From positions 200,852-264,851 of the forward strand of contig CAVQPM010000005.1 in NCBI GenBank assembly GCA_963714635.1: 64,000 nucleotides of DNA, written 5' to 3'. The notes under the pieces are model-generated. The model searched no databases, was not told the DNA's origin, and saw only the letters and a list, made by a program, of their open reading frames with translations. Shown one piece after another: positions 16,690 through 26,006 of the stretch (position 1 is the first letter of the stretch; every line of letters starts with the position of its first letter). The translations under genes were made by a program, and so were the position numbers. Source of the stretch: an uncultured Solirubrobacterales bacterium. Its GTDB lineage: Bacteria; Actinomycetota; Thermoleophilia; Solirubrobacterales; Solirubrobacteraceae.

Positions 16690-17937
16690 GTGAGCCCTCA
16701 CTGCGACAGTCGCTCCTCAGGGTCGGCCACCAGGGCCAGCCGCTCGGCGTGGCTGCGGTTGGCGGCCTTTACCGGAGCGGCCGCCGTCCTTCAGATGGAC
16801 GGTACGCTGATCACGGTGGCGCTCCCCTCGGCTGGACGCGCACTGGGAATGAATGCCCACTTTCAGGGGCTTGTGCTCGCGTCGTACTTCATCGTCTATG
16901 CGCTCACGCTGTGGCCGGGCGGAATGCTCGTCGATAGCTCCGGCTCGCGTCGTGTCGCCCTGAGTGGGCTGTTCGTCTTCGGAGCCGGCGCGTGTGCGGG
17001 AGCGCTGGCCGTGGGTCCCGGAGTGCTGCTGCTATCGCGGATCGTTCAGGGAGCGGGCGCCGGGTTGGTCAGTCCGGCGGCGCTCGCTGGGGCGGTCAGC
17101 GGTTTCCCCGCTGAGCGACGTGGTACCGCGCTGGGCATCTGGGGCGCTGGATCGGGTACGGCGAATCTGATCGGCCCGTTGCTGGGAGGTGGGCTGACCG
17201 TGCTGATTGGTTGGCGGGCGGTCTGGTGGGCGCTGGTGCCGCTCGCGGTGCTCTCCGCCACCGCCGTCTACCGGCTGATGCCCGTGATGGCGCATCAGCA
17301 GAAGCCCAGAACGGCCGACGTCCGTGTGCGCAGCCGGGTGCTCGCGGCGGCAACGCTGGTGGCGGCTCTCACGTTTGCCGTGATGATCGGTTCGTTCTTC
17401 CTGGCTGAGCAGTATCTGCAGGTGGCGGCCGGTTATTCGGCGCTGGGCGCCGCCGCGGCTTTGATCGTGGTCGCACTGCTTGTGGCGCTCGCAGCCCCGT
17501 TTTCCGGCAGGCTGGCAGATGTTCGTGGCGATCGGCTTCCGGCGGTGCTCGGATTCGGGTGCGCTGGTCTGGCCCTCCTGGTGCTCGGCATCCCGGGAGT
17601 GCCGCTCGATGGCCTGGTCTCGCTGTCTTTGCTGCTGCCGGTCGGATTTGGTCTCGGGCTGCTGTTCGCGCCGACGTCCAGAGCCGCTCTGAACTCGATT
17701 CCCGTCACAGCTCACGGGCGGGTGTCCGCCGTCCTGTCGGCCGGCCGGCTGATCGGAGCGGCCGTTGGCGCCGGCGTCGCCGGACTCGCGCTCGACGGCG
17801 CGGTGACCGCGACCAATGTGCACCACGCTCTGCTGGTCGCCGCGGCTCTCTGCCTGCTGATGGGGATCCCGGCGGCCGCTGGACTGAGCGCCCGCCGGGT
17901 AGACACCCCGCAGCTCACCGCCGCAGACTACAGCTAG
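16690..17937 (+). CDS. MFS transporter
   Basis: About 12 predicted TM helices. MFS-like LQMDGTLITVALP, GMLVDSSGSRRV and RIVQGAGAG motifs. Start set to in-frame GTG 16690, since the longer ORF overlaps hemE antisense. Confidence 0.85.
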   Translation: MSPHCDSRSSGSATRASRSAWLRLAAFTGAAAVLQMDGTLITVALPSAGRALGMNAHFQGLVLASYFIVYALTLWPGGMLVDSSGSRRVALSGLFVFGAGACAGALAVGPGVLLLSRIVQGAGAGLVSPAALAGAVSGFPAERRGTALGIWGAGSGTANLIGPLLGGGLTVLIGWRAVWWALVPLAVLSATAVYRLMPVMAHQQKPRTADVRVRSRVLAAATLVAALTFAVMIGSFFLAEQYLQVAAGYSALGAAAALIVVALLVALAAPFSGRLADVRGDRLPAVLGFGCAGLALLVLGIPGVPLDGLVSLSLLLPVGFGLGLLFAPTSRAALNSIPVTAHGRVSAVLSAGRLIGAAVGAGVAGLALDGAVTATNVHHALLVAAALCLLMGIPAAAGLSARRVDTPQLTAADYS

Positions 17938-18960
17938 ATGATTGATTCCGTTGGGGTGGGGTTCAGTGGTCGTAGGCGGTGAGGCTGCGGCTGGGCGTAT
18001 CGATCTGGCCGGTTTCCCAGAGCTTGTAGTTGTGCCAGATGCCTGCGGCGAGGGCGAGCAGGCGCTGAGCGACGCGGGTCATGAGGCCGGGCATGGTGTG
18101 CGCGCCGTGCTGCTCGAGGGAAAGCTGGCCCTTGAGGGTGTCGATGATCGACTCGACCCATTGGCGGATGCCGCCGAGTTTGCCGAACCGTGGCTTCTCT
18201 CCCTTGCGGTCGGGGCGCACGAAGATCGCGCCGAGCTCAGCCATCAGCGCCTCAAAGTCCACGCCGGCGAAACCCTTGTCCGCGACCACGGTATAGCCCT
18301 CCAGCTCCACGCGGCGCAGCATCTCTGCGGCGACCTCGCGCTCGGGGACGTTCGCGGCTGCAAGCTCGAACGCGATCGGCATCCCGTCGGAGGCGCACAG
18401 CAGATACAGCCGGAACCCCCAGAAGTAGCGGGAATGGCTGGCGCAATACCCGTAGGCGGCATACCCGGCGAACTCCGAGCGCTTGACGGTCTCCCGGGAG
18501 GCTGCGCAGGGCACCGGGGTGGAGTCCAGCAGCCGTATGCCGTCGCACCACGACGGGCTGGAGAACGCGATCACGTTCAGCAGCGTGACGATCTGCGGCG
18601 CGAGCGCACGCATCCGCTTGTTGTACCCGGGCTGCTTGGGCAGATACGGGAACAGGTGCCCCAGCCTGCACATCGCGAAGCGCAGAAACCGCCGCTCGCT
18701 GGGGCAGTCCAGCAGCACCTGAGCAGCGGCGAGGCACACCAACTCGGCATCGGTGATCCGCGGGTTGCGTCTTGCACGCGGACGACGCGGCAGGATTTCA
18801 TCGGCCAGCACGTAAAGTGCCGTCAAGAGGGTGTCGAGATCGGCGGTCACGCGTCCCCACCTTTCGTGGTCGACGTTGGACAGAGCAACGCCGACCTTCG
18901 ACACCCTTGTTATGTCTCCTCGACCGCGTCCCGGCGCCCACCCGGAACGGAATCAATCAT
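17938..18960 (-). mobile_element. intact IS982-family insertion sequence
   Basis: Perfect terminal inverted repeats ATGATTGATTCCGTT (17938-17952) and AACGGAATCAATCAT (18946-18960). Both are flanked by CTAG (17934-17937 and 18961-18964). Single transposase ORF inside. Confidence 0.9.
17963..18904 (-). CDS. IS982-family DDE transposase
   Basis: 313 aa. TDAELVCLAAAQ..., GYCASHSRYFWGFRLYLL and VADKGFAG motifs typical of IS982/DDE_Tnp_1. Confidence 0.9.
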   Translation of the reverse strand: MSKVGVALSNVDHERWGRVTADLDTLLTALYVLADEILPRRPRARRNPRITDAELVCLAAAQVLLDCPSERRFLRFAMCRLGHLFPYLPKQPGYNKRMRALAPQIVTLLNVIAFSSPSWCDGIRLLDSTPVPCAASRETVKRSEFAGYAAYGYCASHSRYFWGFRLYLLCASDGMPIAFELAAANVPEREVAAEMLRRVELEGYTVVADKGFAGVDFEALMAELGAIFVRPDRKGEKPRFGKLGGIRQWVESIIDTLKGQLSLEQHGAHTMPGLMTRVAQRLLALAAGIWHNYKLWETGQIDTPSRSLTAYDH

Positions 18961-19124
18961 CTAGGGTCTGCGGGTAGGCCCGGCCGGCCATCTCGGGGTC
19001 ACGCGCCGACGGTTCCAGCCGCCCCTCCGGTAGAATATTATGCCGAATGGCACAGCCGGCTTTATGGTCGGCTGGTTGGGTGTCGAGACCTACGGCAACC
19101 CACGGAGCCAAGGAGCGAAGGAAG

Positions 19125-20567
19125 GTGGACCTCTCAGAAGGCAAGGAGGCGGCAGTTCCCCGCGAGACCAGGCGACAGAGCACCGGGACCAGCAAGAGGC
19201 CGGTGACTCTCCGTCACCTGAAGGTTGTCGGCGTCGTCTTGCCGGTGCTCTTCATCGTCGCGCTCGAGCTGATCCGGTTGGCTTTCATCGAGAAGGGCTT
19301 CGCCGACTACAGCCCTCACATCGTCCTTGCGGCGGTCACCGTCGTCGCCGTCATCGGCTTCTCCTTCGTCATGTTCCACTTCATCGCCCGCGCCCAGGCC
19401 GAGACGGCGCAGGTCGTGACCGACCTGCGCCGAAGGCAGCGGGAGGGCCACGCCTTCTACGACGTGCTGCTTCGCATCTCCAACCAGGACCCGCTCGCGG
19501 ACATCCTCGCCGCCGTCGCCACGCACAGCAGCGACCTGCTGGCGAGCGATCACGCGGCCGTCTGCCTCAACAAACCGACGGCCCGAGCGGTCGAGCTCGA
19601 CGCGGCGCCGACGGGGACGACCCCCCTGCGGGATGGGGTCGCCATCCTGCCCGGCGCTGACGGATCCTACGATCTCTGCGATCTCCGCCACGTGCGCTCC
19701 CTGCGCTCGTCCCCGAAGCTCAAGGAGAGCCTGCAGGTCGACGTGCAGAGCGGGGACAGGGCGTTTGGCGAGCTTTGGATCGGCCGCGAGTCGGCGGTCC
19801 CCTTCGATGAGCGCGACCTGGAGTTCCTGAGGACCTTCTCCGGCTTTGCCTCGATCGCCGTGACCAGCGCCCGAGTGCGCGAGAGCGAACGCCAGGGCGC
19901 GATCCTCGCCGAGCGGGAGCGGCTCGCGCGCGAGCTGCACGACAGCCTTGCGCAGGTTCTCGGAGCGGTGCACCTGCGGCTGCGCGGGCTCGCCGCGCGC
20001 GAAGATGCCGTCGCGCCCGCGATCGCGCTCGAGCTGATCGGCCTTGCGGACGTCTGCGAGGAGGGCTACGGCGATGCCCGCGGGGCGATCCTCGACTTGC
20101 ACGAATCGAGCCGGGTCGACCGCAACCTGCTCGACAGCCTGCGCGCCTACCTGGACAAGTACAGCAAGCAGTGCGGGATCGCGACGTCGCTGAAGGCGCG
20201 TCTCGAGCACGACCTCGTCCTGCCACCGCGCAGCGAGGTTCAGATCATCAGGGTCGTCCAGGAGGCGCTCACCAACGTGCGCAAGCACTCGGGCGCACGG
20301 GCGGCGAGGGTCTGCGTGACCGCGGCCAACGGCACTGTCAGCTTCGTCGTCGAGGACGACGGCTGCGGCTTCGACGTAACCGGGGAGCAGTTCGAGCCGG
20401 GCGGGTTCGGGCTGCACTCGATGCGCGAGCGGATGGAGATGATCGGCGGCACGCTGCTGACCGATTCCGCGGCAGGGCGCGGCACCCGCGTCGTCGCCGA
20501 GCTTTCCAGCGCCCCCGCGAGCGCCCCCGCACAGGTGCCGATCCCCTCGACGATCCCCTTACGCTGA
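19125..20567 (+). CDS. membrane sensor histidine kinase (2 TM, GAF, HisKA_3, HATPase_c)
   Basis: ERERLARELHDSLAQVLGAV H-box. A GAF-like region lies before it and a G-box (GGFGLHSMRERMEMIGG) after it. Start set to GTG 19125, preceded by AAGGAG. Confidence 0.85.
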   Translation: MDLSEGKEAAVPRETRRQSTGTSKRPVTLRHLKVVGVVLPVLFIVALELIRLAFIEKGFADYSPHIVLAAVTVVAVIGFSFVMFHFIARAQAETAQVVTDLRRRQREGHAFYDVLLRISNQDPLADILAAVATHSSDLLASDHAAVCLNKPTARAVELDAAPTGTTPLRDGVAILPGADGSYDLCDLRHVRSLRSSPKLKESLQVDVQSGDRAFGELWIGRESAVPFDERDLEFLRTFSGFASIAVTSARVRESERQGAILAERERLARELHDSLAQVLGAVHLRLRGLAAREDAVAPAIALELIGLADVCEEGYGDARGAILDLHESSRVDRNLLDSLRAYLDKYSKQCGIATSLKARLEHDLVLPPRSEVQIIRVVQEALTNVRKHSGARAARVCVTAANGTVSFVVEDDGCGFDVTGEQFEPGGFGLHSMRERMEMIGGTLLTDSAAGRGTRVVAELSSAPASAPAQVPIPSTIPLR

Positions 20568-20568
20568 T

Positions 20569-21255
20569 ATGGCGGACCCGGCCAGCCCGATCCGCATCCT
20601 GCTCGTCGACGACACGGCCCTCTTCCGCACCGCGATCGGGGAGCTCATCAACAGTGAGAGCGGCCTGGAGGTCGTCGGCGAAGCCGAGAACGGCCTGGAG
20701 GCGGTCGAGAAGGCGCGTGCGCTGTCCCCCGACGTCGTCGTCATGGACATCGAGATGCCGGTCATGGACGGGGTCCAGGCGGCGCGCCTCATCGCCGAAC
20801 AAGCGCCGAACGTCAGGGTCGTCATGCTGACGGTGTCCGAGTCGGATGACCACCTCTTCGACGCGATCCGGTTCGGCGCGCAGGGGTACCTGCTGAAGAA
20901 CCTCCGCCCGGCGGAGCTCTTCTCCCTCATCAGGGCCGTGATGCGCGACGAATCCCCTCTCTCTCCGGCCATCGCGAAGCGCCTGCTTGGTCAGATCCGC
21001 GACGGCGCCTCGCTGACGAGCATGCCGGCCCCACAGCCCGAGAGGCCGGCGCTCACGCGGCGCGAGCTGGAGGTCCTGCAGCTGGTGGCGGACGGCATCA
21101 GCAACAAGGAGATCGCCACGAGCCTCTTCATCACTGAGGGGACGGTGAAGAACCACATCCACAACGCGCTGGAGAAGCTCCAGCTCGAGAACCGCACGCA
21201 GGCCGCCGCCTACATCGTCCGTCAGGGCCTGGGGCGAAGCCCCGGCAGCGGCTGA
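20569..21255 (+). CDS. NarL/LuxR-family response regulator
   Basis: Receiver domain (ILLVDD...VVVMDIEMPVMDG) plus a LuxR HTH (LTRRELEVLQLVADGISNKEIA). Starts 1 nt after the kinase stop. Confidence 0.92.
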   Translation: MADPASPIRILLVDDTALFRTAIGELINSESGLEVVGEAENGLEAVEKARALSPDVVVMDIEMPVMDGVQAARLIAEQAPNVRVVMLTVSESDDHLFDAIRFGAQGYLLKNLRPAELFSLIRAVMRDESPLSPAIAKRLLGQIRDGASLTSMPAPQPERPALTRRELEVLQLVADGISNKEIATSLFITEGTVKNHIHNALEKLQLENRTQAAAYIVRQGLGRSPGSG

Positions 21256-21327
21256 CAGGCCCCTCTGTACCGAAAATCTACCTCCGGGCGGATTGATTCG
21301 CGCGGTTCGGGGGGTGAAAATCTCGGC

Positions 21328-22239
21328 ATGCGCGAGCAGACCCTCGATCGGTTGATCCGGGCGGGCCTGAAGGCTGCCGTGGTCGGGGTCGCCCTCGTGG
21401 CGGTCATCTACTTCCTCGACCGGCCCCACAATGGCCCCTCGCTCGTGGACAGGCAGATCGCGGCCGGCGAACAGGCGGTCCGTGCCAGCCCGGCCAACGT
21501 CGGGCTGCGGCTGGCGCTCGCCGAAGCCTACCGGGCCGCGCACAGGCAGGACGGCGCCCTCGAACAGTACAGCGCGGTGCTCGAGGTCAAGCCGAACCAG
21601 GTCGCGCTGCTCGGGCGCGGCGAAATCCTATCCGAAAGAGGAGACCTCCCCGCGGCGCGCAAGTCGTTCGAACAGACGATCGGCAAGACCGGCAGCGGCG
21701 AATTCGACCGTGTCAATCCGCAGATCGAGAGCGCCTACTACGGCTTGAGCTCGGTGATGCTCAGACAGCACCAGCCCAGCAAAGCCATGCACGAACTCAA
21801 GAAGGCCCTGGACATCGAACCGACGGATGCCGACGCCTGGTATCTGATGGGGACGGCCGCGATCGAGTCCGGCGCCTACGACCGGGCCGAGAAGGCGCTT
21901 CGCCAAGCGGTGCTGTACGTGCCGACCGGCTGGTGCGCGCCCTACCAGCAGCTTTCGAACGCCTACCGAGCCCAGCACCGCACGCCAGAGCTCCAGTACG
22001 CGGAAGCGATGGTGGAGCTCTGCGAAAAGAGGCCGGCGGACGCGGCACTTCTGTTGAAGCGCCTCACCTCGGGTCCGGCCGCCGTCGACGCGATGCTCGG
22101 GCTTGGGATGGCCGCCGAGGCTCAGTCACAGCGCGCGAGCGCCGTCCGCTGGTACAGGAAGGCACTGGCCGCCGACCCTCAGAACTTCAACGCGCTCAGC
22201 GGTCTGGCCCGGCTCGGCGTCCCCACGGGAGGCCAGTGA
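21328..22239 (+). CDS. membrane-anchored TPR-repeat protein
   Basis: N-terminal TM helix (AAVVGVALVAVIYFL) followed by several TPR-like Ala/Tyr/Leu repeats. Confidence 0.75.
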   Translation: MREQTLDRLIRAGLKAAVVGVALVAVIYFLDRPHNGPSLVDRQIAAGEQAVRASPANVGLRLALAEAYRAAHRQDGALEQYSAVLEVKPNQVALLGRGEILSERGDLPAARKSFEQTIGKTGSGEFDRVNPQIESAYYGLSSVMLRQHQPSKAMHELKKALDIEPTDADAWYLMGTAAIESGAYDRAEKALRQAVLYVPTGWCAPYQQLSNAYRAQHRTPELQYAEAMVELCEKRPADAALLLKRLTSGPAAVDAMLGLGMAAEAQSQRASAVRWYRKALAADPQNFNALSGLARLGVPTGGQ

Positions 22240-22240
22240 G

Positions 22241-23302
22241 ATGGCGCCCGCGGACGAGGTCTTCCCGCTTCCCGGTGAGCCATTGCTGGACCGCGGCGCC
22301 GGCGGCCCGGCCGAGCGGCTCGCGGCGGAGGAGCGCAAGCGCCGGCGGCGCAAGATCGCCGCGCTGGCGGCGATCCTCACGGTGCTCGCCATCATCATCT
22401 TCCTCATCATCCGCGCGCTTTCCGGCAGCAGCGCCCTGCCGAGCATCCCCTCGGAACTGCCGCACCACGTCTCCGACATCTACGGGACCGTCCAGCCGAT
22501 GGGCGTGGCGGTCAGCCCGTCCGGCGGGCGGATCTACGTGACCGAAAGCGAAGGGCCCCGTCTCGTGCGTGTCTACGACAGTTCAGGGCGCCAGCTAGGC
22601 GCCCTGAAGCCGCCCGGTCGCAATGGAGCGTGGCGCCTGCCGGTCTACGTGGCGGTCAGCCCGCGAACGGAAGACGTCTACGTGTCAGACCGGCTGCGCG
22701 AAGACGTCGACGTCTACTCGCCGAGCGGCTCCTATCTGCGCTCGCTGCGGCCCACGGGAAGCCTCGCGAAGGGCGCGAAGCCGCTCGGGCTGGCGTTCGG
22801 CCCCGGCGGTGAGCTCTACATGACCGACATCGGCGGGGCCAGGCGGGATCACCGCATCCTCGCCTTCGGCGCCTCCGGCACGGCGCCGGAGCGCAGGATC
22901 GGATCCCCGGGCGCGTTCTGGTTCCCCAACGGGCTCGCGCTCGACGGGAAGGGCGACCTGTACGTCGCCGACAGCGACAACGGCCGGCTGGCGATCTTCG
23001 ACCCGGCAGGCACGCTCGTCAGCACGATCGCGCGCGGGGTCGGAGAAGGGGACCTCGGCCTGCCGCGCGGAGTGGCGATCGACGGCGACCGCCTGTTCGT
23101 CGTCGACACGACCGCCCATGCCGTCAAGGTCTATCGCCTCCCCGACAAGGCGACGGAAGTCCCCAGATACGTCGGATCGTTCGGCGGGGAAGGAATCGGC
23201 GACGGGCAGTTCCAGTACCCGAACGGGATCGCGATAGATCGCAGCGGGCGGATATACGTCACCGACCGTGAGAACGGCCGCGTCCAAGTCTGGGAATACT
23301 GA
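22241..23302 (+). CDS. membrane-anchored NHL-repeat beta-propeller protein
   Basis: TM anchor (IAALAAILTVLAIIIFLII). Repeated P.GVAV...G.IYV.D....RV..YD-type NHL blades, about 6. ATG 22241 has GGGAGG upstream. Confidence 0.8.
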   Translation: MAPADEVFPLPGEPLLDRGAGGPAERLAAEERKRRRRKIAALAAILTVLAIIIFLIIRALSGSSALPSIPSELPHHVSDIYGTVQPMGVAVSPSGGRIYVTESEGPRLVRVYDSSGRQLGALKPPGRNGAWRLPVYVAVSPRTEDVYVSDRLREDVDVYSPSGSYLRSLRPTGSLAKGAKPLGLAFGPGGELYMTDIGGARRDHRILAFGASGTAPERRIGSPGAFWFPNGLALDGKGDLYVADSDNGRLAIFDPAGTLVSTIARGVGEGDLGLPRGVAIDGDRLFVVDTTAHAVKVYRLPDKATEVPRYVGSFGGEGIGDGQFQYPNGIAIDRSGRIYVTDRENGRVQVWEY

Positions 23303-23339
23303 GGGCCGGAAGCGGCGCCGGCGCAAGGAGACACTGCGG

Positions 23340-24314
23340 GTGAGAGCGGCAGCGATTTTCGTGGCAGGCTGCGCCATATCGCTGGCCGTGTGTTTCGCCG
23401 TGCCCGCCGCGGCCGACAACGGCCCGCACATGAAGGGCCAGGGGCTCACCCCGGATACCTGTGCGATCTGCCACCGGGCTCACACCGCCCAGGCTCCCCA
23501 TCTGCTCAGAGAGCCTGAGACAGAGCTCTGCGACAGCTGCCACGGCGCCGCCGCGGCCGGTGCGAGCACCGATGTGGTGGACGGCATCGGCTATTCGAAC
23601 ACCGCGCACGCCGGCACGCCGGGGGCGCTGCGCGGCGGCGGCTTCAAGTACGCGCTGATCGACTCCGCCTCCGCTTCGGGCCAGCAGAGCGGGGGGTCGG
23701 ACCCCGGCGGCGTCGTCCCGGCGCTCGCCACCGGCGCTCCGGTCACCTCCACCCACCTGCTCGACCCTTCGAGCGAGACCGCCTGGGGCGCCGGCCCGAT
23801 CAGCGCCGAAGTCGACTATGGCACGGGCATCTCGCTGAACTGCGGCTCCTGCCATGACCCGCACGGCAACGGCATGTACCGGATCTTGCGGCCGATCCCG
23901 ACGGAATCGGCCGCGACCACGCCCGTTGAAATCCCCGAACCCGCGGGAATGAAGGGCGACGAATCGAAGCACGTCTACACGACGACCAACTACTGGGACG
24001 TCACGGACGAATACGCGCCCGATCTGATCGCCAACATCTCGGCCTGGTGCGCCACCTGCCACACGCGCTATCTCAGCGACACCTCCTACACCGCAAGCGG
24101 CGACGCCGTCTTCACCCACCGCCATCTCTCCAACGGGACGGCGCAGGGCTCGCCGAGCTGCATCCAGTGCCACGTCGCCCACGGCTCGAACGCGAGCGTG
24201 CAAGAAGCCGGCGCGATGGAAGTGCACAGCCCGCAGGCCGTGCCCGCGCCCCCCGGCAGCCGGCTGCTGCGGATCGACGACAAAGGCACCTGCAAGATGT
24301 GCCACGCCGAATGA
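23340..24314 (+). CDS. secreted hexaheme c-type cytochrome (doubled-CXXCH family), paralog A
   Basis: Six CXXCH motifs: CAICH, CDSCH, CGSCH, CATCH, CIQCH, CKMCH. Signal peptide ends AAA/DNGPH. GTG 23340 has AAGGAG 9 nt upstream. The ORF-track start 23268 would overlap the NHL gene. Confidence 0.85.
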   Translation: MRAAAIFVAGCAISLAVCFAVPAAADNGPHMKGQGLTPDTCAICHRAHTAQAPHLLREPETELCDSCHGAAAAGASTDVVDGIGYSNTAHAGTPGALRGGGFKYALIDSASASGQQSGGSDPGGVVPALATGAPVTSTHLLDPSSETAWGAGPISAEVDYGTGISLNCGSCHDPHGNGMYRILRPIPTESAATTPVEIPEPAGMKGDESKHVYTTTNYWDVTDEYAPDLIANISAWCATCHTRYLSDTSYTASGDAVFTHRHLSNGTAQGSPSCIQCHVAHGSNASVQEAGAMEVHSPQAVPAPPGSRLLRIDDKGTCKMCHAE

Positions 24315-24519
24315 CGGCGCTGCTCCCGTCGGCGCGCCCGCGCAACCGGCGAGCGGCACAGGGCCCCGTGTATCCTCCGGGCCATGCGGCCAGGCGCCCC
24401 GCCGGTCCGCCTCTACCCAAGACATACCGCCCGGCGGATTGCGCTCGACCGCGCAAGACGGGTTAATCCGCGTCGATGGTTACTACACGCGAGCTGGCCC
24501 TTGCCCAGGAGGTCGACTG

Positions 24520-25641
24520 ATGAGACGATTGGTGCTGCGCCCGATGGGATTGGTGCTGCCCCCGATGGTCGGTTGCGTCCTGTGGCTGCTTGCCGGCGCG
24601 TCCCCCGCCCTGGCGGACGCCGGCCCGCACATGAAGGGCCAGGGACTCACCCCGGACACCTGCGCGGCCTGCCACCGGGCCCACACCGGCCAGGCCCCCT
24701 ATCTGCTGAAGGAAAAGCAGGAACAGCTCTGCTTCACCTGCCATGGCTCCTCGGCCAGCGGCTCCGCCCTCGACGTCAAGGACGGCGTCGGCTATTCCGA
24801 AGAAGGCCATCAAGGCACAGCGGAAGCCCTGCGCGGCGGCGGCTTCAAGTACGCCCTGATCAACACGGGCGAAGAAGGGGTTGTAAAGGTGACGGGCGCA
24901 GAAGGCTCGCACGGTATCCCGACGGTCGAAGCGACCATCAAGACGCTGCCGGCATCGGAACTCCGGCCGGCGACCTCGTCCCACTCGGTCAACGAATCGA
25001 CCCAGACGGCCTGGGGCGGCGGTCCGATCAGCTCAACTGCAAGCTACGGCACCGCAATGAACCTGACCTGCGGCGCCTGCCACGACCCGCACGGAAACGG
25101 ACACTACCGGATCCTGAGGCCCATCCCGGTCGGATCGAGCACGGAAAAGGAAAAGGGCAAAGGCGTGGAAATCCCCGACGAACCGAAACCCCACGTCTAC
25201 ACGACGACCAACTACTGGGCAACCTGGAGCGAAAAGGACCCGGAATTCGAGTTCAAGATCTCCGAATGGTGCGCCACCTGCCACACGCGCCTGCTCGACG
25301 GCAGCAAAAGCGCCACGACCAGCAGCACTGACGCGGTGTTCACCTACCGCCACCGCACCAACTACACGCTGGAAGAATGGGAAAAATCTCCTCCGAAACT
25401 GGGTTCCGGAGGAGGGTACTCCGGCGCCAAGCCGAGCTGCATCCAGTGCCACGTCGCACACGGCACGGACGCCACAATGGGCGAACACTCGGAATCGGTC
25501 ACCCTGCCCGGACAGACGACAAACCCGTCCAGGGAAATCGAACGAGTCAAGGGCTCCGGCAATGTGACAGAAATCTCCGAAGACAGCTACCTGTTGAGGC
25601 TCAACAACAGGGGCGTCTGCGAGACCTGCCACAACAAGTAG
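24520..25641 (+). CDS. secreted hexaheme c-type cytochrome (doubled-CXXCH family), paralog B
   Basis: Six CXXCH motifs: CAACH, CFTCH, CGACH, CATCH, CIQCH, CETCH. Signal peptide ends ALA/DAGPH. AGGAGG lies upstream of ATG 24520. Confidence 0.85.
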   Translation: MRRLVLRPMGLVLPPMVGCVLWLLAGASPALADAGPHMKGQGLTPDTCAACHRAHTGQAPYLLKEKQEQLCFTCHGSSASGSALDVKDGVGYSEEGHQGTAEALRGGGFKYALINTGEEGVVKVTGAEGSHGIPTVEATIKTLPASELRPATSSHSVNESTQTAWGGGPISSTASYGTAMNLTCGACHDPHGNGHYRILRPIPVGSSTEKEKGKGVEIPDEPKPHVYTTTNYWATWSEKDPEFEFKISEWCATCHTRLLDGSKSATTSSTDAVFTYRHRTNYTLEEWEKSPPKLGSGGGYSGAKPSCIQCHVAHGTDATMGEHSESVTLPGQTTNPSREIERVKGSGNVTEISEDSYLLRLNNRGVCETCHNK

Positions 25642-25655
25642 TAGCCGCCGATTTG

Positions 25656-25700
25656 GAGCTCGCCCCCGGCGGCTGTCACCCGCCCGCCGGGGGCGAGCTC
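25656..25700 (+). terminator. strong GC hairpin downstream of cytochrome paralog B (putative operon boundary)
   Basis: Perfect 17-bp stem, GAGCTCGCCCCCGGCGG (25656-25672) with CCGCCGGGGGCGAGCTC (25684-25700), and an 11-nt loop. Followed by TATATGTGA, so only a weak T tract. Confidence 0.55.
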
Positions 25701-26006
25701 TATATGTGATCGCAGCTGTCTCTCCAGCGGAGGCATCGGGTTGCTTTGCTCCTCCACGACGGCGCCCATCGCCCTGGACGCGATTGGCGAGGGTGGGCGC
25801 CCTCGGCGGACGCCCTCGGCTATGCCGCGTCCAAGCCTGTCTGACGGATACAGGCGCGGGTGTATCGCTTGGATGATCGGCCCGGCTCACCTCTACCGGA
25901 AACATGCCAGCCGGCGGGTTGCGCGTGAAAAGGCTGCGCTCGAAACTGTCCAAGGTTGATTAATTCATCAGCCCCCGGAAAGAGAGCAGACGAAAGGGCC
26001 GACACC

